Below, one piece after another: positions 24,770 through 34,207 of a DNA stretch of 38,847 nucleotides. Within the stretch, counting starts at the first letter, position 1; the number at the start of each line of letters is the position of its first letter. The notes beneath the pieces were generated by a model. That model saw only the letters and a program-made list of their open reading frames with translations. It ran no database searches and had not been told where the DNA came from. This stretch comes from Atopobiaceae bacterium (GTDB lineage Bacteria > Actinomycetota > Coriobacteriia > Coriobacteriales > Atopobiaceae). The stretch covers positions 1 through 38,847 of the forward strand of contig JAFUCQ010000117.1 of assembly GCA_017459605.1 (NCBI GenBank). The letters are read 5' to 3'. Made by a program: the position numbers and the translations under genes.

Positions 24770-27700
24770 ATGGCGCGGGTTGTTGATAGCAAGCGCTGGG
24801 AAATTCTTCCTTCTAACGGGGCGGCTGAGCGCCGCCTCGTAGAAGAGCTTGGCATTGATGCCTTACCCGCTCGGGTTATGGTTGCCCGCGGTATCACTTC
24901 TCCAGAGGCAGCACATGCCTTTTTGCATCCCTCACTTGAGCGTGATTGGGCACATCCGTTTTGTATTCCCGGCATGCGTGAGGTGGCTGACCGCGTTGAG
25001 CAGGCGTTGCTCGCAGGAGAAAAGATTGCTGTTTTTGGCGACTTTGACGTTGATGGCATGTCGTCAACAGCTCTGCTCACACTTGGCTTGCGCGATTTAG
25101 GCGCTGAGGTCTATCCCTTTATTCCTCACCGCTTTGATGAGGGCTACGGCCTTTCTCAAAAAGCATTGATGCGCGTTATTGAGGCATGTCAGCCCTCACT
25201 TGTGGTGACGGTTGATAACGGTATTGCAAGCTCTGCCGAAATCGATTGGATTTCAGACCAAGGCGTTGATGTGGTGGTAACAGATCACCACGAGCCAGCG
25301 GGGCTTGTACCACAAGGCATACCGGTAACCGATCCCAAACTCTCGCTCGACTGTCCATCGAGAGAGCTTGCAGGCGCAGGCGTTGCCCTCAAGTTGCTCT
25401 GTGTCTTAGGTGAGCGCTTTGGCAAGCCCAACCTGTGGCGCAGCTACACCGATTATGCCAGCTTGGGCACCATTTCAGACATGATGCTTTTGGTTGGTGA
25501 GAACCGTGCGCTCGTAGCCGACGGCATGGCTCGCATGCAATCCAATCCGCGACCTGGTTTGGTTGCGCTTGCAGCGGTTGCAGGTGTTGAGCTCTCAGAG
25601 CTCACGGCTGCCAACCTTCCCTTTACGCTCGTTCCTCGGCTCAATGCAGCAGGTCGCATGGGAAAGACCGATGTCGCTTTGAACCTCATGCTTACCCGTG
25701 ATGCAACTGAGGCAATGAGCTTGGCAGAACAACTCGAATCCATCAATCTCCAGCGTCGGCAAATGGAGTCTGAGCTCGTAGAAAATGCCATGGCTATGGT
25801 TGAGGAGAGCTATACGGGCGGGCGCGTTATTGTGGTTGGTGGCGAAGGTTGGCATGAGGGTGTCAAAGGAATCGTTGCCAGCAAACTGGTGAGCAAATAC
25901 CACGTACCAGCCTTGCTATTTACGATTGAAGATGGCATTGCTCGCGGGTCGGGCCGCTCGGTTGGCTCGATTGACCTGTTCCATGTGGTCGAGCAGTGCT
26001 CGGATGTTCTGGTTCGTTTCGGTGGACATGCAGGAGCGGTGGGCATTACGGTTGAAGCATCGCGCTTAAATGAGCTCCGAGACCGTCTTGAGCAGGTGCT
26101 CTCTGCATTTGACGAGGAAAGCTTTGAAGACCGTGGAGAAATCACGGCGCTGGTGAGCATGAGTGAGCTTACGCCCACAGCCATTACCTCGCTTGATATG
26201 CTTGAGCCCTTTGGTCAGGGCAACAAGCTTCCCATCTTTGCAACCTGTGGTGTGACTATGCGCTCGCGTGCTCGCGTGGGACAAGACGGCGACCACCTGC
26301 GCTTCATTGCTACCGATGGCATTCATTCGGTATCGGCGATTAGTTTTAGAACCAACAATGTGGTAGAACTTGCCGATTATGATGGTGCGGTTGATCTGGT
26401 CTTTGAGGCAATCATGGAAACATGGCAGGGACGAACCCGTCCCAAGCTCATGATTAAAGACATTCTCATGAGAAGCGCGAGTGAAAACCATGAGATGGGC
26501 GAGGCAGAGCTGGTCGAGCACCTCTTTGATCGAGCTGAGCAGATTTGTGCTCGTGAGAGTCTCGCGGGTATCGTAGACCGCGAGTCCTTCTTTACCAAGA
26601 TTGTTGGCGTGAGCTTTGAGGAGCGCCAGCAGGTGGTTCGCTCACTGGTGTCTGGCGAAGCCTTGGTGTTGCGCCGTGAGCCTGATAATGCTTATGACCA
26701 CAATGCCATTGCCTTTGTCAGAGGTACCGGCGAGAAGGTGGGCTACCTTCGTTCTCAGATTGCCCAAGAACTCGCTCCCGCCCTTGACGCTGGCGCAAAC
26801 TACGTGGCACATGTTCGCCAGCTTACCGGAGGCGATGCGGGAAAGAGCATCGGTGTGAACATTGAGGTACGACGTCTTGGTGCTACCGGCATTCTCTGTG
26901 GTTCTCAGGAGACACCCGAGCTGATGCTTCGTCGTGAGCTTGTTGAGCTTGATGAGACAAGCCTCGTAAACAAGCTCCGTGAAACCCTTATTGGAAACAA
27001 CCAACTCCTGCCTGCACAGCAAGCAGCGATTGATGCTCTGGCGCAGGGAAAGTCGACGCTGGTAGTTATGGCAACCGGCAGAGGCAAATCGCTAATTTTT
27101 CACATCCATGCTGCTCGAGAAGCCATCATGAAGAGCAGAGCCAGTGTCTTTGTGTATCCTCTGCGGGCTCTCGTGGCAGATCAGAGCTTCCACTTAGGCA
27201 AGGCGTTTAGTTCGCTGGGTATGGAAACGCGCGTGCTCACGGGAGAAACCTCGACCGACGAGCGCGATGAGATTTTCTCGGCACTTACAGCCGGAGCTGT
27301 CGATGTCTTGCTCACGACGCCAGAGTTTCTCGCCATTCACGCGGAGCGCTTTGCTGAGTCAGGTCGCGTTGGCTTTGTGGTGGTCGATGAAGCACACCAC
27401 GCAGCAGGCGGAAAGTCCCTGCGTAGTGCCTATCAGGAGTTTCCTCGGGTGCTTGAGACGCTCGGACATCCCGTGTTGTTGGCGTGTAGCGCCACCTCGT
27501 CAACGGAGACGTCGTCGAGGATTGCTGAGCTTTTCTCGATAGACGAGGTCATTGTTGACGATACAGTACGAGAAAACCTCCTGCTTATCGATGACCGTGA
27601 GCTGCCAGACCGCGAAGCCGCCCTCGTTTCATGCGTGGCATCGGGCGACAAAACCGTGGTGTATGTGAACTCACGCGAGCAGTCTGTCTCGCTTGCACGG

Positions 27701-28447
27701 ACCTTGCGCAGGCGCATTCCTGAGCTGGCAGACCGCATTGCCTTTTACAATGCTGGACTCACGCGCAAAGAGCGTCTCATGGTAGAAGAGGCGTTTAGGA
27801 ACGGAAATCTGTGCTGCATTGTCTCGACCAGCGCCTTTGGCGAGGGTGTCAATCTGCCTGATATCAGAAATGTTGTTCTGTACCACATGCCCTTTGGCTC
27901 GATTGAATTTAACCAGATGTCGGGGCGTGCAGGCAGAGACGGCAACGATGCTCAGGTGCACATCATGTTTGGAGTCAGAGACTCACGTATTAACGATACG
28001 ATCTTGTCATCTGCAGCTCCTTCACGTGCTGAGCTGGCAACGCTGTACCGCGTGATGCGCAATCTTTCTCAAAACCAAGTTCGAGAGCAGGGAGATGCTA
28101 TGCTTCATATGAGCAATTCCCAGCTTGCCGATGCCTGCCATGAGTTTGATCCTAAAAGTCATATCTCTGAGCGCTCCGTGTCGTGTGGGGTATCGGTCTT
28201 TCGAGAGCTTGGTTTTCTCACCACGAGTGGTTACGGATCTGCTCGCCGCATCTTGATGGTTGAGTCGCCTCATCGCATGGAGCTTGGGCAATCAATCCGC
28301 TACCAAGAGGGGATGCGCTCGCTCGAGGAGTTTGGCGATTTTAGAGATTGGGTACTTCATGCTACGACTGAGCAGTTGCTCGATCGCATCAATCGTCCTA
28401 TCACTCCTGATTTTGGTACGCGCGTAGGGGAGGGTACACATGGCTGA
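24770..28447 (+). CDS. recJ: RecJ-like ssDNA exonuclease (DHH/DHHA1) fused to a HIRAN domain and a RecQ-like SF2 helicase core (1225 aa)
   Basis: DHH motif VVVTDHHEP and DHHA1 GGHAGAVG in the N-terminal roughly 580 aa. HIRAN-like block LVLRREPDNAYDHNAIAFVRGTGEKVGYLRSQIAQELAPALDAG (about nt 26600-26900). Helicase motifs I ATGRGKS, II VVVDEAHH, III CSATSS and VI QMSGRAGRDG (about nt 27000-28070). The ATG is 5 bp after the secF stop. Confidence 0.85.
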   Translation: MARVVDSKRWEILPSNGAAERRLVEELGIDALPARVMVARGITSPEAAHAFLHPSLERDWAHPFCIPGMREVADRVEQALLAGEKIAVFGDFDVDGMSSTALLTLGLRDLGAEVYPFIPHRFDEGYGLSQKALMRVIEACQPSLVVTVDNGIASSAEIDWISDQGVDVVVTDHHEPAGLVPQGIPVTDPKLSLDCPSRELAGAGVALKLLCVLGERFGKPNLWRSYTDYASLGTISDMMLLVGENRALVADGMARMQSNPRPGLVALAAVAGVELSELTAANLPFTLVPRLNAAGRMGKTDVALNLMLTRDATEAMSLAEQLESINLQRRQMESELVENAMAMVEESYTGGRVIVVGGEGWHEGVKGIVASKLVSKYHVPALLFTIEDGIARGSGRSVGSIDLFHVVEQCSDVLVRFGGHAGAVGITVEASRLNELRDRLEQVLSAFDEESFEDRGEITALVSMSELTPTAITSLDMLEPFGQGNKLPIFATCGVTMRSRARVGQDGDHLRFIATDGIHSVSAISFRTNNVVELADYDGAVDLVFEAIMETWQGRTRPKLMIKDILMRSASENHEMGEAELVEHLFDRAEQICARESLAGIVDRESFFTKIVGVSFEERQQVVRSLVSGEALVLRREPDNAYDHNAIAFVRGTGEKVGYLRSQIAQELAPALDAGANYVAHVRQLTGGDAGKSIGVNIEVRRLGATGILCGSQETPELMLRRELVELDETSLVNKLRETLIGNNQLLPAQQAAIDALAQGKSTLVVMATGRGKSLIFHIHAAREAIMKSRASVFVYPLRALVADQSFHLGKAFSSLGMETRVLTGETSTDERDEIFSALTAGAVDVLLTTPEFLAIHAERFAESGRVGFVVVDEAHHAAGGKSLRSAYQEFPRVLETLGHPVLLACSATSSTETSSRIAELFSIDEVIVDDTVRENLLLIDDRELPDREAALVSCVASGDKTVVYVNSREQSVSLARTLRRRIPELADRIAFYNAGLTRKERLMVEEAFRNGNLCCIVSTSAFGEGVNLPDIRNVVLYHMPFGSIEFNQMSGRAGRDGNDAQVHIMFGVRDSRINDTILSSAAPSRAELATLYRVMRNLSQNQVREQGDAMLHMSNSQLADACHEFDPKSHISERSVSCGVSVFRELGFLTTSGYGSARRILMVESPHRMELGQSIRYQEGMRSLEEFGDFRDWVLHATTEQLLDRINRPITPDFGTRVGEGTHG

Positions 28448-30830
28448 TTCGCTGTTACAGCAAACGGTTGGCAAGGCTCCGGGGCAAACCCAGCCGGTTG
28501 CCGTTGCCAAGCCACGCCGCAGACCCAAGCTTGGCGCTGATAACTGGACGCTGCTGCGCGACAGTTGTCGTCGATATTTGCCAGCTCAGTCCCTCGAAAA
28601 GATTGAAGACGCCTACATCTTTGCTGCAGACAAACACATCAACCAGCGGCGGCGCTCGGGCGAGCCCTACATTAACCACCCGGTTGAAGTGGGTATCATC
28701 TTGAGTCATGAGCTGCGCATGGATGAAGATGTTATCTGTGCAGCGCTTTTGCATGACACCGTAGAAGATACCGATGTCAGCCTTGAGCAGGTGACCGAGC
28801 GCTTTGGGCCTGCTGTGGCAGAGCTGGTTGACGGTGTCACCAAGCTCACGAACATCGAAGTTGATTCAATGGATGCCAAACAGGCGCTTAACCTGCGCAA
28901 GATGTTTCTTGCTATGTCAAAAGACATACGCGTGGTTATCATCAAGATTGCAGACCGCTTGCATAATATGAGAACGCTTGCGGCGCTGGCTCCTGACAGG
29001 CGCATCTTCAAAGCACGCGAGACCATGGATGTGTACGCTCCGTTGGCTGATCGCTTGGGTATCTCGAGCATCAAATGGGAGCTCGAAGACCTCGCATTTT
29101 TTTACCTCGATCCTGATGACTACCAGCGCATTGCGCGCATGGTGCAAGACTCACGCGAGCAGCGCGAACTCGATACCGATGCGGCTATTAAAACGCTTGG
29201 AGATGAGCTGAATCGGGCGGGCTTGCAGGGCTACCAGATTACGGGTCGCCCCAAGCACCTGTGGTCGATTTTCCAAAAGATGAGAAACCGCGACGTGGAG
29301 TTCTCTGACATCTATGACCTTATCGCCCTGCGCGTTATCACCCAGAGCGTGGGAGATTGCTATTCGGCGCTCGGAGCGGTCCACTCGCTGTGGCATCCCT
29401 TGCCCGGTCGCTTCAAAGACTATATTGCAACACCCAAGCCCAATCTCTACCAGTCCTTGCATACCACGGTGGTGGGGCCAACGGGCCGTCCCATTGAGAT
29501 TCAGATTCGCACGGTTGACATGCACGAACAGGCAGAGTTTGGCATTGCTGCACACTGGCTGTACAAAAAGTCAGGCAACTCTGAAGGTGTGATGGACCGC
29601 GAAGACAAGTCGATTAACAACCAAATCAACTGGATTCGCCGAAGCCTCGACTGGACTACCGAGGCAGACATGGGAGACCCACACGAGTTTCTCACCTCGC
29701 TTCGCATTGACCTGTTTGAAGACGAGATTTTTGTCTTTACGCCAAAAGGCGAGGTTATGAGCTTGAGGCGCGGTTCGACCCCGCTCGACTTTGCCTATAC
29801 GGTGCACTCCGAGGTGGGCAATCACTGCGTTGGTGCCAAGGTGAACGGCTCGGTGGTGCCGCTTAACAGCGAGCTCAGCTCGGGTGACCGCGTAGAGATT
29901 CTTACCAACAAAAACGCCAAGCCGTCGCAGGATTGGTTGAGTATCGTTGCTACGCCGTCGGCGCGCGCAAAGATTCGGCGCTACTTCTCGGTGGCAAACA
30001 AGTCGACCGATGCCGAGACAGGCCGCTCAGAATTGGCGCGTGAAATGCGCAAGCGCGGCTATGGTATCTCAACACCGCGCTCGAGCAAAGCCATTGCTGC
30101 TGTTGCTGAGACTTTCAAGTTCAAAACCGCTGACGACATGTTGGCAGGTATTGCCACCGGTAAGGTGACCCTCAAAGCGGTTGCCAACAAGGTTCAGGCA
30201 GCACTTGAAGAGGGGACTCCGGCAGCACTCGCTGCAGCCATCAGACAAGTTGCCGCTGAGGGCAAACGCAACGGCATGCTCGATGAGAACACGCCCATGG
30301 TTGCTCCTCGCTCTGCTCGCAAGAAACAGCACCGCGGCAAGCGCCATCCCAACCACGGCATTATTGTGGCAGGCGATCCCGACTTGGCAGCACATCTCGC
30401 ACACTGCTGTAATCCTGTAGCAGGAGACGACATCATGGGCTTTGTTACCCGTGGTGGCGGTGTGTCGGTACACCGTTCGAGTTGCCCGAACGCCAAAAAC
30501 CTCATGCAAAACCCCGAGCGCGTGATTGAGGTTCGCTGGGATGCGTCAGGTGCCACTGAGTTTCAGGTTGAGATTGTGGTGGAGGCAACTGACCGCCTGA
30601 GTCTGCTCAAGGATATCAGCGCAGCTCTGAGCGAGACAGGCGCCAACATTCTGTCGTCAACCATGGGTATTGGTAATTCTGGTGTTGCGTATTTCCGTTT
30701 TCTTATTGCACTATCGGATGTGTCTCTGCTCGATCCCCTGCTTGCAACGGTGGGACGTGTGCCTTCGGTTTTCGAGGCACGCCGCTTGAAGCCGGGTGAG
30801 GGGTCAGGTCAGATGAAAAGGAGAATCTAG
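28440..30830 (+). CDS. relA: Bifunctional (p)ppGpp synthetase/hydrolase RelA/SpoT
   Basis: HD domain (HPVEVGIILSHELRMDEDVICAALLHDTVEDT), synthetase block (YKDYIATPKPNLYQSLHTTV), TGS and C-terminal ACT domains. The ATG overlaps the recJ stop (ATGGCTGA). Confidence 0.9.
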   Translation: MADSLLQQTVGKAPGQTQPVAVAKPRRRPKLGADNWTLLRDSCRRYLPAQSLEKIEDAYIFAADKHINQRRRSGEPYINHPVEVGIILSHELRMDEDVICAALLHDTVEDTDVSLEQVTERFGPAVAELVDGVTKLTNIEVDSMDAKQALNLRKMFLAMSKDIRVVIIKIADRLHNMRTLAALAPDRRIFKARETMDVYAPLADRLGISSIKWELEDLAFFYLDPDDYQRIARMVQDSREQRELDTDAAIKTLGDELNRAGLQGYQITGRPKHLWSIFQKMRNRDVEFSDIYDLIALRVITQSVGDCYSALGAVHSLWHPLPGRFKDYIATPKPNLYQSLHTTVVGPTGRPIEIQIRTVDMHEQAEFGIAAHWLYKKSGNSEGVMDREDKSINNQINWIRRSLDWTTEADMGDPHEFLTSLRIDLFEDEIFVFTPKGEVMSLRRGSTPLDFAYTVHSEVGNHCVGAKVNGSVVPLNSELSSGDRVEILTNKNAKPSQDWLSIVATPSARAKIRRYFSVANKSTDAETGRSELAREMRKRGYGISTPRSSKAIAAVAETFKFKTADDMLAGIATGKVTLKAVANKVQAALEEGTPAALAAAIRQVAAEGKRNGMLDENTPMVAPRSARKKQHRGKRHPNHGIIVAGDPDLAAHLAHCCNPVAGDDIMGFVTRGGGVSVHRSSCPNAKNLMQNPERVIEVRWDASGATEFQVEIVVEATDRLSLLKDISAALSETGANILSSTMGIGNSGVAYFRFLIALSDVSLLDPLLATVGRVPSVFEARRLKPGEGSGQMKRRI

Positions 30831-30831
30831 C

Positions 30832-31482
30832 ATGGCAGACCAAAACGAAGAAACACCCAATGGATATCCCGAGATTCGTCAGTTTGTTGTGGGGCAACTC
30901 GAGACCAATTGTTATGTGGTTGTGAGCGACGGAGAGGCCATGGTGGTAGACCCGGGTGCCTCAGGAAAAGCCCTCGCTGAGCAGCTCAAAGACGTGAAGG
31001 TCACCAAGATTGTGGCAACCCACGGCCATGGAGACCACGTTGGTGGCGTCAAGGCCCTTATTAAAGAGACTGGTGCTCCCTATGGCATTAGCCAAACCGA
31101 CGCCGAGCGTGCCACGCGGGCAAATGAGCTGTCGAGCCACATGGGATGGAGCTATGACGACGACGCTCCCGAGCCCGATTTCTACTTGAACGAGGGCGAT
31201 GAGGTAAGCGTGGGTAGCAGGAGCTTCCGCGTTATCAACTGCCCTGGTCACACGCCGGGAGGCGTTGCTTTGGTGGGCGAGGGAATTGCTCTTATGGGTG
31301 ACACCATCTTTGCTGGTTCAGTGGGACGCACCGACCTTCTCGGTGGCGATTACGCCACGCTCATGCAAACGCTCGACCGCTTGAAGAAGGAACTGCCGCC
31401 TGAGACCTTGCTGCTTTGTGGGCATGGACCGGTAACCACGATGGAGCGCGAGCTGGCGACAAACCCGTATCTGAATATGTAG
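30832..31482 (+). CDS. MBL-fold metallo-hydrolase (glyoxalase II-like)
   Basis: HxHxDH motif HGHGDHVGG, a downstream His (CPGHTPGG) and GDTIFAGSVGRTD. ATG lies 1 nt after the relA stop, with AGGAGA upstream. Confidence 0.8.
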   Translation: MADQNEETPNGYPEIRQFVVGQLETNCYVVVSDGEAMVVDPGASGKALAEQLKDVKVTKIVATHGHGDHVGGVKALIKETGAPYGISQTDAERATRANELSSHMGWSYDDDAPEPDFYLNEGDEVSVGSRSFRVINCPGHTPGGVALVGEGIALMGDTIFAGSVGRTDLLGGDYATLMQTLDRLKKELPPETLLLCGHGPVTTMERELATNPYLNM

Positions 31483-31503
31483 CGGTTCTAAGGCAGCATT
31501 GCC

Positions 31504-32007
31504 CTACGGCAGCATCGCCCAAAACACAATTTCTGCGAGAACTACGAGCAAAAACAGCCTTATCTGATGAAAAAAGTCAGATAGGGCTGCTTCATCTTCT
31601 GCATCAAGACTCAAATCATCACCGTGGTCGACCTCGTCTAAAAAGATGAGCGACTCATCATCATCTTCAACACGAACCTCAACTTCGTTGGTTTGCTCTT
31701 CATCCAAGACATAGGCTGGATGGGGAGGCTCTGTTGTATCAAAGACATCACCAATGCCATTGAACAGCGGAATGTGTGAGATGTTTTTGGCAGGTCGGAC
31801 CGGCCATGCGAGCGACAGTGGACCTTCTACGAGGTGGTCGTCATCTGAGAGTTGCTTGTTCTGGGCCTCAGCTTGCGCATTGATGGAAGCCCGAATCTCT
31901 GCCAAGTCGTCCGGCTCAGTGTGGCTGTCTGCTCCAGCCAAGTCGTCATGCCCTTCTGCGGGATTCTCATCATCAAAGGCAGCACTGTGTTCGTCGGGCT
32001 CACTCAT
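31504..32007 (-). CDS. Hypothetical highly acidic protein with a C-terminal TM anchor (167 aa)
   Basis: The ORF begins 12 bp after the dxs stop (GAGG upstream). The composition is D/E-rich and it ends with the hydrophobic FLLVVLAEIVFWAMLP. There is no recognisable domain. Confidence 0.45.
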   Translation of the reverse strand: MSEPDEHSAAFDDENPAEGHDDLAGADSHTEPDDLAEIRASINAQAEAQNKQLSDDDHLVEGPLSLAWPVRPAKNISHIPLFNGIGDVFDTTEPPHPAYVLDEEQTNEVEVRVEDDDESLIFLDEVDHGDDLSLDAEDEAALSDFFHQIRLFLLVVLAEIVFWAMLP

Positions 32008-32019
32008 GAGCGAACCTCA

Positions 32020-33762
32020 CTACGACTCGAGAGCCTCGAGAATACGCGCACACATTGCCTCGGGGGTCAGCCCATAGCGCTCAAGCTGCTCGGTTACGGC
32101 AACACGCTCGGTGAACTCTTTGTCGCCGCCCATGCATACAACGCGCATGGGACGCGTTCCATAAAAACGAGCAATCCGCTCTCCAAAACCGCCATCGAGC
32201 ACGCCACTTTCAATGGTAACCACCACGTCATGCTCGCCTTCAAGCTCAAAGAGCAGTTCTTCGTCGAGCTGGGAGTAGGTAAGTGGATTGATGAGCGTAG
32301 CGTTGATGCCTGCGGTAAGCGACAGTTCGTCTCGTGCCATGAGCGCAAGTGAAAACGCGCTTCCAAGACCAATAATGGCAACGCGGGCGCCTTGGTTTAC
32401 CACATGAAAGCGACCAATCTGTTTGTCGTCAAAAGCACCTGCGTTACCCTCGGAGGCAAGCGTGGTTGGAATGCGAATAAGAACGGGTCGTTCCTGCTGG
32501 TCAAGTGACCAGTCAATCATGGCAAGGCAGTCGTCTTGGGTAGCAGGAGCCAAACAGAGCAGATTGGGAATCGAAGACGTCATCGCGATATCAAACATGC
32601 CACAGTGAGTGGCTTCTCGTTGGGTGAATCCGCTTGCGTAAACCAAGATGGTGGCAGGACTCGAGTTGAGCGCGAGGTCTTGTAAGAGCTGGTCATAGGT
32701 GCGCTGCAAAAAGGTGCTCGCGATAGCAAGCACGGGTTTGGCACCTCCGCGCGCAAGACCCGAGATAAAGGCAACAGAGTGCTCCTCGGTAATACCCACG
32801 TCTACAAACTGAGTACCTGCCTGCTCCCGAAACTCAGGGGTAATACCCTGTGAGCTGGGAGTTCCCGGCGATATCAGCACTATAGATGGGTCTTTATGCA
32901 TGCGCTCAAGCAGTTGGTCTGTGATGGAGCTCATGAGACGCTTAAACTCAGGACGAGCCCGCTGGGGAAGCTTTATCTCGTGCCATGCCTCGCGGTCAAC
33001 TTCTGCCTCAGGATGCCCTTTGCCCTTTGTGGTGTGGATATGAACCACGATGGGTGTGTTAGCCTCTCGTGCAGCTTGAAATGCCGAGACAAGCGCGGAA
33101 ATATCGTGGCCATCCTCAACATAGAGGTAGTCAAAGCCAAGTTCTTTGAAGATGTTCTCTGAGCTACTGCCTTTGCTATGGCGAAGCTTTGCGAGGTGAC
33201 CGTAGAGACCGCCTTGGTTGGGAGCAATCGACATGTCATTATCGTTGAGCACGATGATAAACTTGCCACCGTAAGCAGCTGCATTGTCGAGACCCTCATA
33301 CGCCTCACCACCGCTCAGCGCACCATCGCCAACAAAGGTAATAACCTCGTATGACTCACCCTGCAAGTCGCGTGCTTTTGCCAAACCGAGAGCAAGGCTT
33401 GTGGCGGTTGAGCTGTGCCCAATCGAGAAAATGTCGTGGGGACTTTCTTCTGGATTGGTAAACCCGGAGACCTCGAGATAACGGGAAGGGTCGGTGTATG
33501 CGGTGCGTCTGCCGGTGAGAATTTTGTGGGTGTAGCACTGGTGAGAAACGTCAAAGACGATTTTGTCGACAGGGGAGTTGAAGACATAGTGCAGAGCAAT
33601 GGTTGCCTCAACAACGCCAAGATTTGGGCCAACATGACCACCTACCTGCTCAAAGCGGGCGAGCAGTGCTTGGCGAATCTCGGTAGCAAGATGGGGAAGC
33701 TGCTCAAGTGCTAAGCGCTTGAGATCCTCAGGTCCGTCTATGTGGCCCAAGAGACTATCCAT
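32020..33762 (-). CDS. dxs: 1-deoxy-D-xylulose-5-phosphate synthase
   Basis: N-terminus DGPEDLKRL...LPHLATEIRQALL, the ThDP motif GDGALSGGEAYEGLDNAA, transketolase-like Pyr and C-terminal domains. ATG at 33762, downstream of GGAGAGGAG (the ORF track starts at TTG 33765). Confidence 0.9.
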   Translation of the reverse strand: MDSLLGHIDGPEDLKRLALEQLPHLATEIRQALLARFEQVGGHVGPNLGVVEATIALHYVFNSPVDKIVFDVSHQCYTHKILTGRRTAYTDPSRYLEVSGFTNPEESPHDIFSIGHSSTATSLALGLAKARDLQGESYEVITFVGDGALSGGEAYEGLDNAAAYGGKFIIVLNDNDMSIAPNQGGLYGHLAKLRHSKGSSSENIFKELGFDYLYVEDGHDISALVSAFQAAREANTPIVVHIHTTKGKGHPEAEVDREAWHEIKLPQRARPEFKRLMSSITDQLLERMHKDPSIVLISPGTPSSQGITPEFREQAGTQFVDVGITEEHSVAFISGLARGGAKPVLAIASTFLQRTYDQLLQDLALNSSPATILVYASGFTQREATHCGMFDIAMTSSIPNLLCLAPATQDDCLAMIDWSLDQQERPVLIRIPTTLASEGNAGAFDDKQIGRFHVVNQGARVAIIGLGSAFSLALMARDELSLTAGINATLINPLTYSQLDEELLFELEGEHDVVVTIESGVLDGGFGERIARFYGTRPMRVVCMGGDKEFTERVAVTEQLERYGLTPEAMCARILEALES

Positions 33763-34019
33763 CAAGCGAGCTCCTCTCCATTCTCCTGTGTGTTACAAAA
33801 CGAGCCTTTAGTGCTCGGCTGATATTTGTTGCTAGACCATCTACTTTGACAGGTCTTGTGGCATAGTTCTGTGCGTAATCGAAAGTCAACCGAATAAGCA
33901 GAACTTTCTCCCATCTTGCGCGAGTTTGAGCGCTTGAGGCGCTGACAGCTCACATGCCAAGTGCGGGAAGTCTCGTGTGCACAGACGACAGGCACTTGAG
34001 GCTTCGTTTGGCGGGCAAG

Positions 34020-34205
34020 AACGCTGAGCTCCCAGCACCGAGCGCTTTAGGCTGCACCCGCAGGTCACGAGTACTGAGGCCTCAGCACCGAGTGCTTTTA
34101 GCTGCACCCGCAGGTCAGGAACGCTGAGTCTCCAGCTACCAACGCATCGAGCCCTTTTAGCCTGCACCCGCTGGCTACGAGTACTGAGTCCCCAGCTACC
34201 AACGC
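34020..34205. repeat. Tandem array of about 4 units of roughly 60 bp, each containing ...ttt(t)agc(c)tgcacccgcNggtca...
   Basis: Direct inspection. Lies between the DUF853 gene and dxs. It shares the core CTGCACCC with the 3037-3138 array. Confidence 0.7.
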
Positions 34206-34207
34206 AC

